NCBI RefSeq assembly: GCF_009914755.1
Contig: NC_060929.1
Reading direction: 5' to 3' (one strand)
DNA length: 64,000 nucleotides
Source of the DNA: the human T2T-CHM13v2.0 reference genome, Homo sapiens
Position 1 is the first letter of the stretch, and each line of letters begins with the position of its first letter. Below, piece by piece: positions 61,683 to 64,000 of this stretch. The position numbers were made by a program, and so were the translations under genes. Below the pieces are notes generated by a model, which worked only from the letters and a program-made list of their open reading frames with translations, was not told the origin of the DNA and made no database searches.

Positions 61683-63029
61683 TTAAATTAAAACAGTATG
61701 GTATTGCCATGAAGATAGCCTTTGACAAGAACTGACACCTTTTCATGATTAAAAAACATTCAAGAACGTAGAAATAAAAGAGAAGTTTCACAATATGGTA
61801 AAGGCTATATAAATCAATGTAATATCATTGAGCGTCGTGACATAAATCCATATATATGTGGCCAACTGATTTTTGACAAGGGTGCCAGGACCAGTCAATT
61901 GGAAATAATAGTCTCTTTAGCAAATGGTGCTGGGAGAACTGGAGAGAATGAAGTTGGACCATTACTCCATACTAATACAAAAAATTAACTCAAAATGGAT
62001 CAATGACCTAAATGTAAGAGACAAAGCTATAAAACTATTAGAAGAAAACCTAGGGGTGAATCTTCCTGACCTTGGATTTTGCAATGGTTGCTTAGGTATA
62101 ACACCAAAAGCATGAGCAACAAAAGGAAAAACAGATAAATTGGGCTTCATAAAAATTTTAAAGTTTAGTGTATCAACGGACACTATCAAAAAAGTAAAAA
62201 GATAGCCAGGCAGGGTGGCAGGCACCTGTAATCCCAGCTATTTGGGAGGCTGAGGCAGGATAATTTCTTGGACCCAAGAGGCAGAGGTTGCCAATGATGC
62301 CGTTGCACTGCAGCCTGCGCAACAAGAGCAAAACTCCATCTTAAAAAAAGAAGGAAAGAAAGAAAGTGAAAAGATAACCTACAAAACAGAAGAAAATGTT
62401 TGCAAATCACGTAGCTGATAAGGGTCTAGTATACAGAATATATAAAGAACTCATAACACACAAGAAAGACACAAATAACCCAATTTAAAAATGGGCAAAG
62501 GATTTGAATAGACGTTTCTCCAAAGAAGATCTAGAGATGGGCAACAACCACATGAATAGATGCTTAATATAACTAGTCATTAGGGAAATGCAAATCAAAT
62601 AAAAATGAGATGCCACTTCAAAACCACTAGGTTGGCCATAATCAAAAACATGGAAAATAACAAATGTTGGTAATTATGGAGAAGTTGGAACCATCGTACA
62701 TTGCTGGAGGAAATACAAAATGGTGCAGTGCTGTAGAAAGCAGTGTGGTAGTTCCTTAAAAGTTAAACATAGACTTACCATATCCATATGACCCAGCTAT
62801 TCCACTCCTAGGTAAATACCCAAAATAATTGAAAAGAGGTATTCAAACCAATACTTGTACATGAATGTTCGTAGCAGCACTATTCACAATAGCCAAATGA
62901 TGGAACTAGATAGTTCCACAACATTGTGAATGTACTAGGAGTCACTAAATTGTACATTATAAAATGGCTAATGGTTAATTTTATATTATGTGGACTTTAC
63001 CTCAATAAAGACAAACATACAAACAACTT

Positions 63030-64000
<971 letters not shown>

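Overview
Primate, most likely human, genomic DNA, recognised from its proteins as the 5q31.3 ANKHD1-EIF4EBP3-SRA1-APBB3-SLC35A4 cluster. In order: the last nine coding exons of ANKHD1 (+, KH domain and Ser/Pro-rich tail); an intergenic exon splicing ANKHD1 onto EIF4EBP3 in a shifted frame; EIF4EBP3 (+, 100 aa); SRA1 (-, 224/236 aa); APBB3 (-, 486 aa, with a 6-nt microexon and an 81-nt mirtron intron); and SLC35A4 (+), whose mRNA carries a spliced 103-aa upstream ORF plus the 324-aa transporter ORF. From 45.5 to 51.0 kb on the minus strand I reconstructed seven exon remnants of a disabled gene with a degenerate kinesin-motor-like end and coiled coils, a candidate unitary pseudogene. The last ~12.5 kb is an old near-full-length L1 hosting a MER2, many Alus and a HAUS1 processed pseudogene. 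Exon boundaries were read by hand from GT-AG signals and frame continuity. Gene and repeat names are from recognition, not database searches.
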